A stretch of 64,000 bases of DNA from Candidatus Woesearchaeota archaeon (GTDB lineage: Archaea; Nanobdellota; Nanobdellia; Woesearchaeales; GW2011-AR9): positions 22,428-86,427 of the forward strand of contig JABHQW010000001.1 in the NCBI GenBank assembly GCA_018696595.1, read 5' to 3'. Numbering within the stretch: the first letter of the stretch is position 1; every line of letters begins with the position of its first letter. Positions 47,621-58,259 of this stretch are shown here, piece after piece. The translations under genes and the position numbers were made by a program. Below the pieces are notes generated by a model, which ran no database searches, had not been told where the DNA came from, and was given only the letters and a program-made list of their open reading frames with translations.

Positions 47621-47918
47621 CTTCTTTCTTGTCTTTTCCTTCTTTCATTTCTTTAACAGTCTTCTTAAATGCTTCAACTTGTTTCTCAGAAAGATTCTCG
47701 AATCGAATATAAGCTTGTTTAATATTTCTCAAGAAAGCATTCTCTTCATAGAATTTCTTGGGAATGTCAAAGAATTTCTTCATCTTTGGATCTTTAATCT
47801 CTTTCTCAATCTGTTTCATGTGACATTTAACACAAATAGGAAACTGTCTCGCTGAGAACATAATTACCCAATCGGTTTTACACATTGCACATTTCTGTTT
47901 GAATTTTGCTTTCGCCAT
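47613..47918 (-). CDS. Small zinc-finger protein
   Basis: Start moved to ATG 47918; CAMC...CVKCH. Confidence 0.6.
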   Translation of the reverse strand: MAKAKFKQKCAMCKTDWVIMFSARQFPICVKCHMKQIEKEIKDPKMKKFFDIPKKFYEENAFLRNIKQAYIRFENLSEKQVEAFKKTVKEMKEGKDKKEDE

Positions 47919-47950
47919 ATAACCTTTACAAAGGTTATCATCCAAAGACA

Positions 47951-47985
47951 GCGAGATGCGTTCGTTTACACTCACTTACTCACTA
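47951..47985 (-). repeat. Motif family B copy 2
   Basis: AGTGAGTAAGTGAGTGTAAACGAACGCATCTCGCT versus GTGAGACTAAGTGAAGTGTAACGAACGCAT..CTCGCT in the rpl7ae leader. Confidence 0.55.
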
Positions 47986-48116
47986 AACCTTTAGTAATAA
48001 CACTTGCCTCCGTTAATTATCATTAATTATTGTATTGTTTATTAAGTTTTTGGAAAGAACAATTGTAATGAAGAATACAAATCAATATATATTTAGATAC
48101 ATCCTTCCTAATTAAA

Positions 48117-48413
48117 ATGATGGACAGAACATTAGATGTTGGAAAAGAAATGACAATCGACAAGAGATTGTTGAGCAGCGTAAGATTAAAATACGAGGGA
48201 TTAAGTGAAAACGGAGACACTCTAAAGTTAACAGTAACTCAAAGCGGATTATTTAAGAAAACAACAAAAACAGAAGAAGAATTTCCAGTTGAAGAAGATG
48301 GATCTTTTGATGTTAAACCGGTTTCCAGCCCCACTCGTTATTTAAGAGTAATTGGAGTATCTCCAGAAAGTATTGATTTTTATTTAAGAGACCCAGCAAA
48401 AAATTACCAATAA
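48117..48413 (+). CDS. Hypothetical protein
   Basis: 98 aa beta-rich ORF. Confidence 0.55.
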   Translation: MMDRTLDVGKEMTIDKRLLSSVRLKYEGLSENGDTLKLTVTQSGLFKKTTKTEEEFPVEEDGSFDVKPVSSPTRYLRVIGVSPESIDFYLRDPAKNYQ

Positions 48414-48506
48414 TAAAAACCAATCCAAACAACTACATATTATGTTTCAACATTCAAAAGAAATTAAAATAAAAGAGTTCTGATAAATAAATGGGAGAAA
48501 ATAAGA

Positions 48507-48914
48507 ATGACAGACAATGACCAATATCAAGTATTCAATTCAGCGTATAGTAATTTGTTGAGAGAAATCATACCAACAATGTCAGGAGATCAAGTTTCTA
48601 AAGCACTAGATGTAATAAATCGTAAATTAGTTCCTTTGCATGGCCAGGAAGAGAGTTCCAAAACAGATTGGTCAACACGAGAAATTTTAGGAGTTAGCAA
48701 AGACAAAGAATTCGTGGTCTCCAGATTTAATGAACCAAGATTACAACATTATCATGCAATACCACCAGAAGAATTAAAGGATGTAATAAGAAGAAGCAGG
48801 GGGCATTATGATGAAAGGAAAGAATCACGTCCAGATTCTTTAAGTGAAGCAAATCATCGAGAATATCAAAGGAATAAAGAATTGTTAGTAGAATTAGAAG
48901 ATTTAGTAGGCTAA
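48507..48914 (+). CDS. Hypothetical protein
   Basis: 135 aa ORF, GGAGA RBS. Confidence 0.6.
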   Translation: MTDNDQYQVFNSAYSNLLREIIPTMSGDQVSKALDVINRKLVPLHGQEESSKTDWSTREILGVSKDKEFVVSRFNEPRLQHYHAIPPEELKDVIRRSRGHYDERKESRPDSLSEANHREYQRNKELLVELEDLVG

Positions 48915-50035
48915 CCAAAGACTTTCTTAAAGAAACTCTTGTGAGGTTTAGTTTCCTTCAACTGTTTTAAGGTATCTTTAATTTTCTTTGTGATTTTCTT
49001 AGGAACTTCAATTTTAACTTTTACGTACTGATCCCCATTTTCATGGTGGTGCAAATGTTTAATTCCTTTCTCTTTCATCCTAAACAAAGTTTCAGAATCT
49101 GTCCCAGAAGGAATCTTCAAAGTAGCTTTACCTGTAATAGTCGGAATTTCAATTTCATCCCCAAGAACTGCTTGAGTATAAGATATTGGAACAGTAATGT
49201 AAAGATCGTCACCTTCCCGTTCAAAGAACTTGTGTTCCTTAACGTGAACTGCAACGTATAAATCTCCAGAAGGGCCATTGTTAGAACCAACTTCCCCTTC
49301 ACCAGAAACTCTTAACCGCATTCCATTCTCAACACCAGCAGGGATAGCAATCTCAATTTTCTTTTTCTTTCTTACTAAACCTTCTCCCGCACAATCAGAA
49401 CAAGAATCTTGTGGTAATTCACCCTTACCATGACAGTAAGGACAAGGACCTGTTTGTTGAAATAATCCGAATGGAGTTCTTTGAGTTCTTTTTACATGTC
49501 CAGAACCTTGACAATGATGACAACTTTCAAATTTCGTTGCACCTTTACCATCACAATCTGGACAATGTTCTAATTTATTTAATTGTAAATCTTGTTTTGT
49601 TCCAGTAGCAGCTTCTTCTAAAGTAATTTCTGTTTCATAAAGTAAATCAGAACCCCTTCTTGCTCTGGTTCCTCTTCTCCCACCAGAACCGCCGAATAAT
49701 TGATCAAAAATGTCGTCAAAGTTTCCAAAAGAACCACCACGAAATTGTGACATGATATCAGAGTAATCAAATCCTTGATGACCAGCTCCGCCCATTCCAC
49801 CTTGGAAAGCTGCTGAACCAAATTGGTCGTACTGTTGACGTTTTTTATCATCACCTAAAATAGAAACAGCTTCATTAATTTCTTTAAACTTTTCTTCATA
49901 CTCTTTTTTCTTTTCTTCAGGAGCTCTGTCTGGATGATATTTCAAAGCCAGTTTCTTAAACGCTTTCTTGATTTCTTCTTTAGTTGCGCTCTTTTCCACT
50001 CCAAGTTTTTTATAATAATCTTCACTCATTTTCAA
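48911..50035 (-). CDS. dnaJ: Chaperone DnaJ
   Basis: J domain with YHPD, G/F region, four CxxCxGxG repeats. Confidence 0.97.
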   Translation of the reverse strand: MKMSEDYYKKLGVEKSATKEEIKKAFKKLALKYHPDRAPEEKKKEYEEKFKEINEAVSILGDDKKRQQYDQFGSAAFQGGMGGAGHQGFDYSDIMSQFRGGSFGNFDDIFDQLFGGSGGRRGTRARRGSDLLYETEITLEEAATGTKQDLQLNKLEHCPDCDGKGATKFESCHHCQGSGHVKRTQRTPFGLFQQTGPCPYCHGKGELPQDSCSDCAGEGLVRKKKKIEIAIPAGVENGMRLRVSGEGEVGSNNGPSGDLYVAVHVKEHKFFEREGDDLYITVPISYTQAVLGDEIEIPTITGKATLKIPSGTDSETLFRMKEKGIKHLHHHENGDQYVKVKIEVPKKITKKIKDTLKQLKETKPHKSFFKKVFG

Positions 50036-50639
50036 TTCTTTGTGCTAGTTCCTCTGCAGGAAATCCTAACTTATTAAATATTTCTTTTTCTATCTCCTTA
50101 TATCTGTTAAAATATTTTCTTTTTTCTTCAGAGATACCGTACCTTTCTTTGAGATAAGCAAATCTCTGTTCTAAAGTTACAACTTTTCTCATTGCAATCT
50201 TATCTGCATAATTTAATAGAATTGCTTCTTTACTCAAGTCTGAATGAAGAATATCATTAAGAGCATGATTTAAAACAACCTCTGCTAATTCGGGATAATC
50301 TTTAAGAATCTCAGCTCCCATTTCAGTATGCAAATAGTTTTCTGGAAATTTTTTCTTCTCTTCTTCCCAAAACTCAAAACTTTCTTCGGGAACTGGATCC
50401 CAACCAAACTTTTCTGCTTCCCCTGGTTTTTGTCTAGGGAAGGTTAAGGGTTTTGCAATATCATGAAGTTCTGCACCCACAGACAATAAATCTAAATTAT
50501 AATCATCTCCCTTTTTATTCAACCCTTTAGCTAAAAAAAGAACAACTTTCTTTACAGTTTTAACATGATTTAAAAGATGATTAGGAAAACGATAATATTT
50601 CTGTAATTGTACAACTTCTTCTTCTGTTGGCAATACCAT
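50022..50639 (-). CDS. HD-domain protein
   Basis: NHV...ELHDIAK...HTEMG...NHA...YADK. Confidence 0.85.
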   Translation of the reverse strand: MVLPTEEEVVQLQKYYRFPNHLLNHVKTVKKVVLFLAKGLNKKGDDYNLDLLSVGAELHDIAKPLTFPRQKPGEAEKFGWDPVPEESFEFWEEEKKKFPENYLHTEMGAEILKDYPELAEVVLNHALNDILHSDLSKEAILLNYADKIAMRKVVTLEQRFAYLKERYGISEEKRKYFNRYKEIEKEIFNKLGFPAEELAQRIENE

Positions 50640-50672
50640 AATAAAATTAAAAAAATAAGAATAGATATAAAT

Positions 50673-52568
<1,896 letters not shown>

Positions 52569-52605
52569 TTTAATTTTCCTCCAACTTGTCGGGGGCACCA
52601 AAAAT

Positions 52606-53118
52606 CTATTGATTTTTCTGTGCCTCTGTATTGTCTTTTTTTCCACTGCTAATCTTTACTTTAGCGTGTCTTAATACTTTATCATTAATCATAAAACCTT
52701 TTTGTAATTCTTCTATAACCACATTCTCAGGCAAATCAGAATTAACTTTCATTAAAGCCTCATGGAAATAAGGATCAAATTCTTTTTTCTCAGTTACCAT
52801 TGGTTTAACATTATTGTTTTCCAATAAACTGAAAAATTGTGAATAAATTAATTCTACGCCTTGCAAAAAGTCTTCAGGATTAGTATTAGTATCTGCTGAT
52901 TTTAAAGCCAGATTAAAATTATCTAGTATAGGTAATAATTTGAAGATTAAATTTTTATTTGCTAACTCTTTCATTTCAATAAAACGTTTATCAACTTGTT
53001 TTCGATAGTTTTCAAACTCAGCTTGTTTTCTTTGTAAGAGTTCTCTCATCTCTTGCAACTCGTTCCTCTCTTTCTTTTCTTCAGTTTTGGTTTCTTCTTG
53101 TTTTTTCTCTTTTGTCAT
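52606..53118 (-). CDS. grpE: Nucleotide exchange factor GrpE
   Basis: [35 protein letters not shown]. Confidence 0.96.
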   Translation of the reverse strand: MTKEKKQEETKTEEKKERNELQEMRELLQRKQAEFENYRKQVDKRFIEMKELANKNLIFKLLPILDNFNLALKSADTNTNPEDFLQGVELIYSQFFSLLENNNVKPMVTEKKEFDPYFHEALMKVNSDLPENVVIEELQKGFMINDKVLRHAKVKISSGKKDNTEAQKNQ

Positions 53119-53202
53119 TTTAGTTGTTTACCTCTAAAATGGCGCTCAAAAATCGCCTAATTTTTGTATGTGTCATTTTTGTTGAACCCCTTTGACTCTT
53201 TA

Positions 53203-53219
53203 GTTGACTTTAAGTCAAC
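53203..53219. promoter_or_regulatory. Perfect palindrome at the predicted grpE-dnaK transcription start
   Basis: GTTGACTT-T-AAGTCAAC, starting 25 nt downstream of the minus-strand TATA TTTATATA (53244-53251). Confidence 0.55.
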
Positions 53220-53294
53220 GTAAGCTACTTAAAACGCACTTAGTATATAAACTTTTTGGAAAATATTTATAAATTCGAAAAGAATTCTGATTTT

Positions 53295-53690
53295 ATGGGT
53301 AAAAGAATCACAATTATTAGAATCAGAAAAACTCCAACCCCAAATATAAACCAAGAGTTACAATGGCTAGGAAATTCTTTAGGACTATTTAATGTTAGAG
53401 ATCGAGACAGTAGTTGCTTTCGGGTCTTTATTACATTAGTAAGAAGAGCCAGACAAAACAAACATGTTACTTCTGATAATATTGCAGAGAAATTAAATTT
53501 AAGTCGAGGCACAGTCGTTCATCACCTAGCGAAATTAATGGAATCTGGCATCGTTTTAAGAGAAAAAGAAGGTTATATTCTTCGTGAAAGTAATATGCAA
53601 GATTTGATTAAAGACTTACACCATGATATGGAACGAATGTTTTCTGAGTTAAAAGAAGTCGCTAAAGAGATTGATTTAAAGTTGGGTTAA
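53295..53690 (+). CDS. Winged-helix transcriptional regulator, divergent from grpE
   Basis: TSDNIAEKLNLSRGTVVHHLAKLMESGIV; start moved to ATG 53295, 21 nt after TTTATAAA. Confidence 0.85.
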   Translation: MGKRITIIRIRKTPTPNINQELQWLGNSLGLFNVRDRDSSCFRVFITLVRRARQNKHVTSDNIAEKLNLSRGTVVHHLAKLMESGIVLREKEGYILRESNMQDLIKDLHHDMERMFSELKEVAKEIDLKLG

Positions 53691-53695
53691 GAAAA

Positions 53696-54181
53696 TTAAA
53701 CTAATTCTACACTCTTAACAAAGATATCCCAGGCGCCATTGCCCAACAGAGAAACTAATAAAACAATAATCCCGGCAATCAAAACGCCGATAACTGCTGC
53801 CAGAAAGAAATCTCTTTTTCTAAAGCCCAATAAGTAAGCAGCCAATGCCCCAGAATAAACACCCGAACCAGGAAGAGGAACACCAATAAATAAAGCAAGT
53901 CCAAGAACGCCATACTTCTCAACGGATTTATGTACCTTCCTTTGAGTCCTTACAACAATCTTTTGATAAATCCGATCAATAAACTTAATCCGAATAAACA
54001 AATGTACAAAGTTATCCAAAAGAAAATAAATTATTGGAGCCAGAATAATATTAGTTATAACACAAATTAGAAACACAGTCAACCAATGTAAATTTGTGCT
54101 AAAGATACCATAAGGAATAGAAGCTCTTAATTCCAAGAAAGGTAAAAGAGTTATCCAAATCAAATTTATTATCTCTGACAT
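53696..54181 (-). CDS. Small multidrug export family membrane protein (COG2426-like)
   Basis: LPFLELRASIP, FIGVPLPGSGVYSG. Confidence 0.85.
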   Translation of the reverse strand: MSEIINLIWITLLPFLELRASIPYGIFSTNLHWLTVFLICVITNIILAPIIYFLLDNFVHLFIRIKFIDRIYQKIVVRTQRKVHKSVEKYGVLGLALFIGVPLPGSGVYSGALAAYLLGFRKRDFFLAAVIGVLIAGIIVLLVSLLGNGAWDIFVKSVELV

Positions 54182-54206
54182 TAAGAAAACTAAAATTCGA
54201 CCATAT

Positions 54207-54329
54207 TTAAATCTTTATCTTATTGTGACAATAGTGACAGAAAACACCAGTCATCCCAGGGAATAGGAACGCTACAAAACTGTACTTACAATATGGACAT
54301 TCAAAGCTTTTTTTGTTGATTTCGCTCAC
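54207..54329 (-). CDS. Small zinc-ribbon protein (40 aa, not in ORF track)
   Basis: GTG start after GAGGGA; MSEINKKSFECPYCKYSFVAFLFPGMTGVFCHYCHNKIKI. Confidence 0.65.
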   Translation of the reverse strand: MSEINKKSFECPYCKYSFVAFLFPGMTGVFCHYCHNKIKI

Positions 54330-54434
54330 CCGGTTTCCCTCAATTAATAATTAATAGAAAAACTGATTTATAAAATTTTCTACTTAAATTTCGTATTTTT
54401 TGCAGAAATAAAAAGAAAGAAGAAAAATAAAAAA

Positions 54435-54812
54435 TTAATCAGATGCAAGTTTCCAAATTGCTTTCATTCCCACAATGATTGCCCCAGGAACAACGAAAAC
54501 AACAATGTTACTTAAAATGCTTCTTAAGTATAACCCAACACCAGGAATCAAACCAAGATTAACAATTCCCGCCAACATTAAAGCTAATGCCGCAAGTAAG
54601 AAAGGTTGTGTTTCTTTTGCTGTTAGATTGAACAGACCTACAAAGAATCCCAAAATTACTAAAGTAGTTACTAATACTTGTGGAGTCACCACATTTCTAA
54701 ACAATCCTGCAATAATTGCGATTAAGATTCCCGCAAAGAAAGTATAATGTGCAACCTGATGGATTTCCATACTGGTTTTTTTTGAAACAGACCTTTTCCT
54801 CTTTTTTGCCAT
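54435..54812 (-). CDS. Hypothetical membrane protein
   Basis: Four TM helices; start moved to ATG 54812 behind GGTGA. Confidence 0.7.
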   Translation of the reverse strand: MAKKRKRSVSKKTSMEIHQVAHYTFFAGILIAIIAGLFRNVVTPQVLVTTLVILGFFVGLFNLTAKETQPFLLAALALMLAGIVNLGLIPGVGLYLRSILSNIVVFVVPGAIIVGMKAIWKLASD

Positions 54813-54914
54813 TTTGAATATCACCTCTTATGATATTCCTAATAAATTATTTTAGTATATAAATTATTCGTTTTTTTAGGTTAAATTTATAATAGAAATT
54901 AACATTTCTTTTCC

Positions 54915-55175
54915 ATGGTTAAATTTTCATTAGCGAAATGTAAAACAAAAGCGGCCTTCTCTGCAAAATTAATGCAGAAAGGGAAAATTGATTTAAAGAA
55001 AGTTGCTAAGAAGTTTGAAGTAGTTATGGAAACACCAATTCTTTTAGTAATTAAAACTGAAACAGGAGAAGTCATTGTTCATTCTCATGGTGAAATTTTG
55101 TTTAAGAAATGTATGGATACAGAATTGATGGAGAAGGTTGCAGAAGAGATTTATGAGATTGGGTTAAAAAAATGA
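54915..55175 (+). CDS. Hypothetical protein
   Basis: 86 aa; CKTKAAF...IVHSHGEILFK. Confidence 0.6.
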   Translation: MVKFSLAKCKTKAAFSAKLMQKGKIDLKKVAKKFEVVMETPILLVIKTETGEVIVHSHGEILFKKCMDTELMEKVAEEIYEIGLKK

Positions 55176-55555
55176 GAACTGTTGTTAAGATTGCATTAAT
55201 CAATAATGAAAATAAAGTTTTACTAAACTTACGTGATAGAGATCATCCCGAAAATCCTCACGTCTGGGCATTTCTTGGCGGCGGCGTTGATAAAGGTGAA
55301 ACTGAAGAAGAAGCCCTTCTGAGAGAAGTAAAAGAAGAGATTGATTATGAATTAAAAGAGTATAAGAAAATTAAAGAAGTATTTCTAGAGAAGATTGGGA
55401 AACGGATATTTTATGTTGGTAAAATAGATAAAGAGATTAACGAACTAACATTAAGAGAAGGAGAAGAAATTAAGTTTTTTAATTATGAAGAAACTAAAGA
55501 GATTAAGATTAATAAGTTACATTTAGAAGTTCTAAAAAAGATTTATGAAAAATAA
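55172..55555 (+). CDS. Nudix hydrolase
   Basis: GGGVDKGETEEEALLREVKEEI. Confidence 0.9.
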   Translation: MRTVVKIALINNENKVLLNLRDRDHPENPHVWAFLGGGVDKGETEEEALLREVKEEIDYELKEYKKIKEVFLEKIGKRIFYVGKIDKEINELTLREGEEIKFFNYEETKEIKINKLHLEVLKKIYEK

Positions 55556-55559
55556 AAAG

Positions 55560-55674
55560 CGCCCCCGAAGAGATTCGAACTCTTGATCCGTCGGTATCTT
55601 CAAGAGGAGCTCTTGTAGATCTTGAGTTCCTCAAATAACAGCCGACTGCTCTAACCGGACTAAGCCACAGGGGC
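55560..55674 (-). tRNA. tRNA-Asn(GTT) with one 37/38 intron (55596-55635)
   Basis: GCCCCTG/CGGGGGC acceptor, GTCGG-CT-GTT-AA-CCGAC after splicing, AAGAG-TTCGAAT-CTCTT; 75 nt mature. Confidence 0.92.
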
Positions 55675-55730
55675 AACAAATTATCAAAAGAGGCAAATCA
55701 TTTATAAATATTGTGGAGAAAAACAAAACC

Positions 55731-56450
55731 ATGCAAATATTAGATAACATAGAAATCGTGGACTTAGCTTTATGGATTAAAGATAAACAGATCTTAATAA
55801 TTAGCGATGTCCATTTAGGACTAGAAGAATCTTTGCATCTGAAAGGAATTTTAATTCCAAAACAACAATCAAATCTTATCATTGATTCATTGAAAAATAT
55901 TCTTTCAAAAGTTCAGCCAAGAACAATTATTATTAACGGAGACCTAAAACATAATTTCGGCAAGAATCTTAAACAAGAATGGGAAGATACTTTCAAACTA
56001 ATTGATTTTTTAAAACAGAATTGTGAAGAACTTATTTTTATTAAAGGTAATCATGACAATTTCTTGAAAACTATTGCTAATCAGAAAGATATTAAAGTTG
56101 TTGATGAACTGATTGTAGGTAATATTCTTCTTTTACATGGGGATAAACTAAGAGAAATAAACAAAGATATCAAAACCATCATCATTGGACATGAACACCC
56201 AGCGATTTCTTTGAAAGAGAAAAGCAAAATGGAAAAGTTCAAATGTTTCCTTAAAGGCAAATATAAGAATAAAGAATTAATTGTAATGCCCAGTTTTAAT
56301 CCACTTTCTTATGGTTCAGATATATTAAATAAAAGTAGATTCAGTCCTTTCTTAAAAGACATTTCAAAATTCGAAGTGTTTATTGTTGGTGATGAAGAAG
56401 TATTTAAATTTGGAAAAGTTAAAGCCATCAATAGATCATTTTCTGTATAA
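55731..56450 (+). CDS. Metallophosphoesterase (ICC-like, COG1407-type)
   Basis: ISDVHLG, NGDLKH, KGNHD, LHGD, GHEHP; start moved to ATG 55731. Confidence 0.88.
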   Translation: MQILDNIEIVDLALWIKDKQILIISDVHLGLEESLHLKGILIPKQQSNLIIDSLKNILSKVQPRTIIINGDLKHNFGKNLKQEWEDTFKLIDFLKQNCEELIFIKGNHDNFLKTIANQKDIKVVDELIVGNILLLHGDKLREINKDIKTIIIGHEHPAISLKEKSKMEKFKCFLKGKYKNKELIVMPSFNPLSYGSDILNKSRFSPFLKDISKFEVFIVGDEEVFKFGKVKAINRSFSV

Positions 56451-56676
56451 ACAAAACAAACCACAAAGTAGCATTAATTGTGGCAACTATTGCAGAAAAG
56501 TATAAACCTAATGTGAAGAAAGCAACCGCCATCGCATACAAACCAATAAAAGTTAAAACAGAAGTTGTTATTGTTAAGAATCCTGTCTTTTTCTTAAAAC
56601 CATGATGAACTTGATTAATTAATGAATACGTGAACATTAAATTGGCAATAGTAATAATAATATCCTGCCAAATCAT
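56428..56676 (-). CDS. Small three-TM membrane protein, possible SemiSWEET/PQ-loop-like
   Basis: Three helices with LINQV where LPQ is usual. Confidence 0.45.
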   Translation of the reverse strand: MIWQDIIITIANLMFTYSLINQVHHGFKKKTGFLTITTSVLTFIGLYAMAVAFFTLGLYFSAIVATINATLWFVLFIQKMIY

Positions 56677-56912
56677 TTATCACTCCGGGCTTTCTGATTA
56701 TATCCTTTCTGTAATTTCTGATGAAACTTACAAAATACAATTCCAGAAACAGCTTTCTCTTTACATCTAACACAAATTCCTGCTTTCTTTCTCTCAGAAT
56801 AACTACCACGTCTTTCTTTGTTCAACTTCTCTTGATGAAGATAATAGTGTTTAAGAAATCTGTTTGCATACTTTTTTTCTTTCTTGAATTTCTTTAAAAG
56901 CTTTTTAATCAT
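56673..56912 (-). CDS. Small basic zinc-finger-like protein
   Basis: CVRC...CKFH; ATG overlaps the fpg stop (ATGA). Confidence 0.6.
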   Translation of the reverse strand: MIKKLLKKFKKEKKYANRFLKHYYLHQEKLNKERRGSYSERKKAGICVRCKEKAVSGIVFCKFHQKLQKGYNQKARSDK

Positions 56913-57709
56913 TTTTGGCATTGAGGACAATAATAAGTCCCTCTACCACCTAAAGTTATTTTCTTTAATAAATGTTTCTTTGGACATCTATCTTTAAAGT
57001 AAACGGTTAAATATTTCTGAAACCCGCCAGAACCCTCAATATGAACATAATTCTCTACAGTAGTCCCATGTTTCTGAATAGCTAGTTTTAAGATCCGTTT
57101 CATTTCTTCATAAAGTCTCTTAATCTCGGCTAAAGACAATTCACCCACTTTTCTAGTTGGATCAATCTTGGCATGATACAATGCTTCTTGAGCGTAAATG
57201 TTACCAATACCCACTATTACTTTCTGATCCATCAAAGTTGTTTTTATATTAGCCCTCTTTTTCTTACTTAGAATCCCTTCAAACTCTTTAAAACTAATTT
57301 CCAAAGGTTCTGGCCCTAACTTAGACAACTCTTTTTCCAACTGTTCCTGATTAAACAATTTAATTGAACCAAATTTTCTGATAGAATTATGGGTTAATAT
57401 AGAACCATCATTAAAATAAAACATAGCTACAACAAACTGTTCAGATTCTGGTTCTAACTCTCTTCCTTTAGGAAGATAATGAAAATGGCCAGTCATCCGT
57501 AAATGGATTAACAAGAAATTATTCCCAGAAAGTTCAACAATGATTGATTTTGCTCTTCTTTTGGCAGAAAGAACTTTAGAAGGAATAATTTTCTTAATTT
57601 TTTTATCAACAACTTTAGGATCAACAATCTCAACAGATTTGATTTTCTTCCCAACAACTCTTTTTTTCAATTGCTGGACAATAGTTTCAACTTCTGGTAA
57701 CTCCGGCAT
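56909..57709 (-). CDS. mutM: Formamidopyrimidine-DNA glycosylase Fpg/MutM
   Basis: MPELPEVE, HLRMTG, H2TH GIGNIYAQE, terminal GRGTYYCPQCQ. Confidence 0.95.
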   Translation of the reverse strand: MPELPEVETIVQQLKKRVVGKKIKSVEIVDPKVVDKKIKKIIPSKVLSAKRRAKSIIVELSGNNFLLIHLRMTGHFHYLPKGRELEPESEQFVVAMFYFNDGSILTHNSIRKFGSIKLFNQEQLEKELSKLGPEPLEISFKEFEGILSKKKRANIKTTLMDQKVIVGIGNIYAQEALYHAKIDPTRKVGELSLAEIKRLYEEMKRILKLAIQKHGTTVENYVHIEGSGGFQKYLTVYFKDRCPKKHLLKKITLGGRGTYYCPQCQK

Positions 57710-57762
57710 GTTATAAAAAACTACAACAAAATATATAAACCTTTTTGGTATTACTAAAGATA

Positions 57763-58239
57763 ATGGAACCAGAAACCGAGTTTAAACCGATGACATTCTT
57801 AAGATCAAGGAAAGCGTTTCTTATTGAATATTTTTGTGCAGGGATACTTTTAGTGTTCTTAGTTTTGGCTTATGCGTTTGGTTTAGTGTTAAAAAACTAT
57901 GTTTTGTACGTTTTGATTGCATTGATTGTTATTTTCATAGCAACTGCGGAGCTTTCTAGGGTCATGCTAAGGTATAAGATTGTGGAAGATAAACTAGTAA
58001 CCATTGAAGGACTAATTAAACAAAACAAGAAAAATATTTATTTTCATCCACTAGGGTTCGTCCCAGACATTAACGTAAAACAAAGTAGATTACAAAGAGT
58101 ATTAGGTATCGGAACAATCTCAGTAACAATGGGTGGCGAGAATTTTCAAATTAAGGATGTTGATTATCCACACCGGATTATTGATATTATTGAAGAAAGA
58201 ATTGAAGCCAGTAAACATCCTGAAAGGAAAAGAGAATAG
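57763..58239 (+). CDS. Membrane-anchored bacterial PH-domain protein
   Basis: Two TM helices then YKIVEDKLV..INVKQSRLQRVLGIGTI; start moved to ATG 57763. Confidence 0.75.
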   Translation: MEPETEFKPMTFLRSRKAFLIEYFCAGILLVFLVLAYAFGLVLKNYVLYVLIALIVIFIATAELSRVMLRYKIVEDKLVTIEGLIKQNKKNIYFHPLGFVPDINVKQSRLQRVLGIGTISVTMGGENFQIKDVDYPHRIIDIIEERIEASKHPERKRE

Positions 58240-58259
58240 ATACCATAAAAACAATTGTG

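Noticed and set aside
54235-54345. Relatively GC-rich intergenic stretch first suspected to be an ncRNA or REP
   Set aside because: Better explained by the 40-aa zinc-ribbon ORF on the minus strand.
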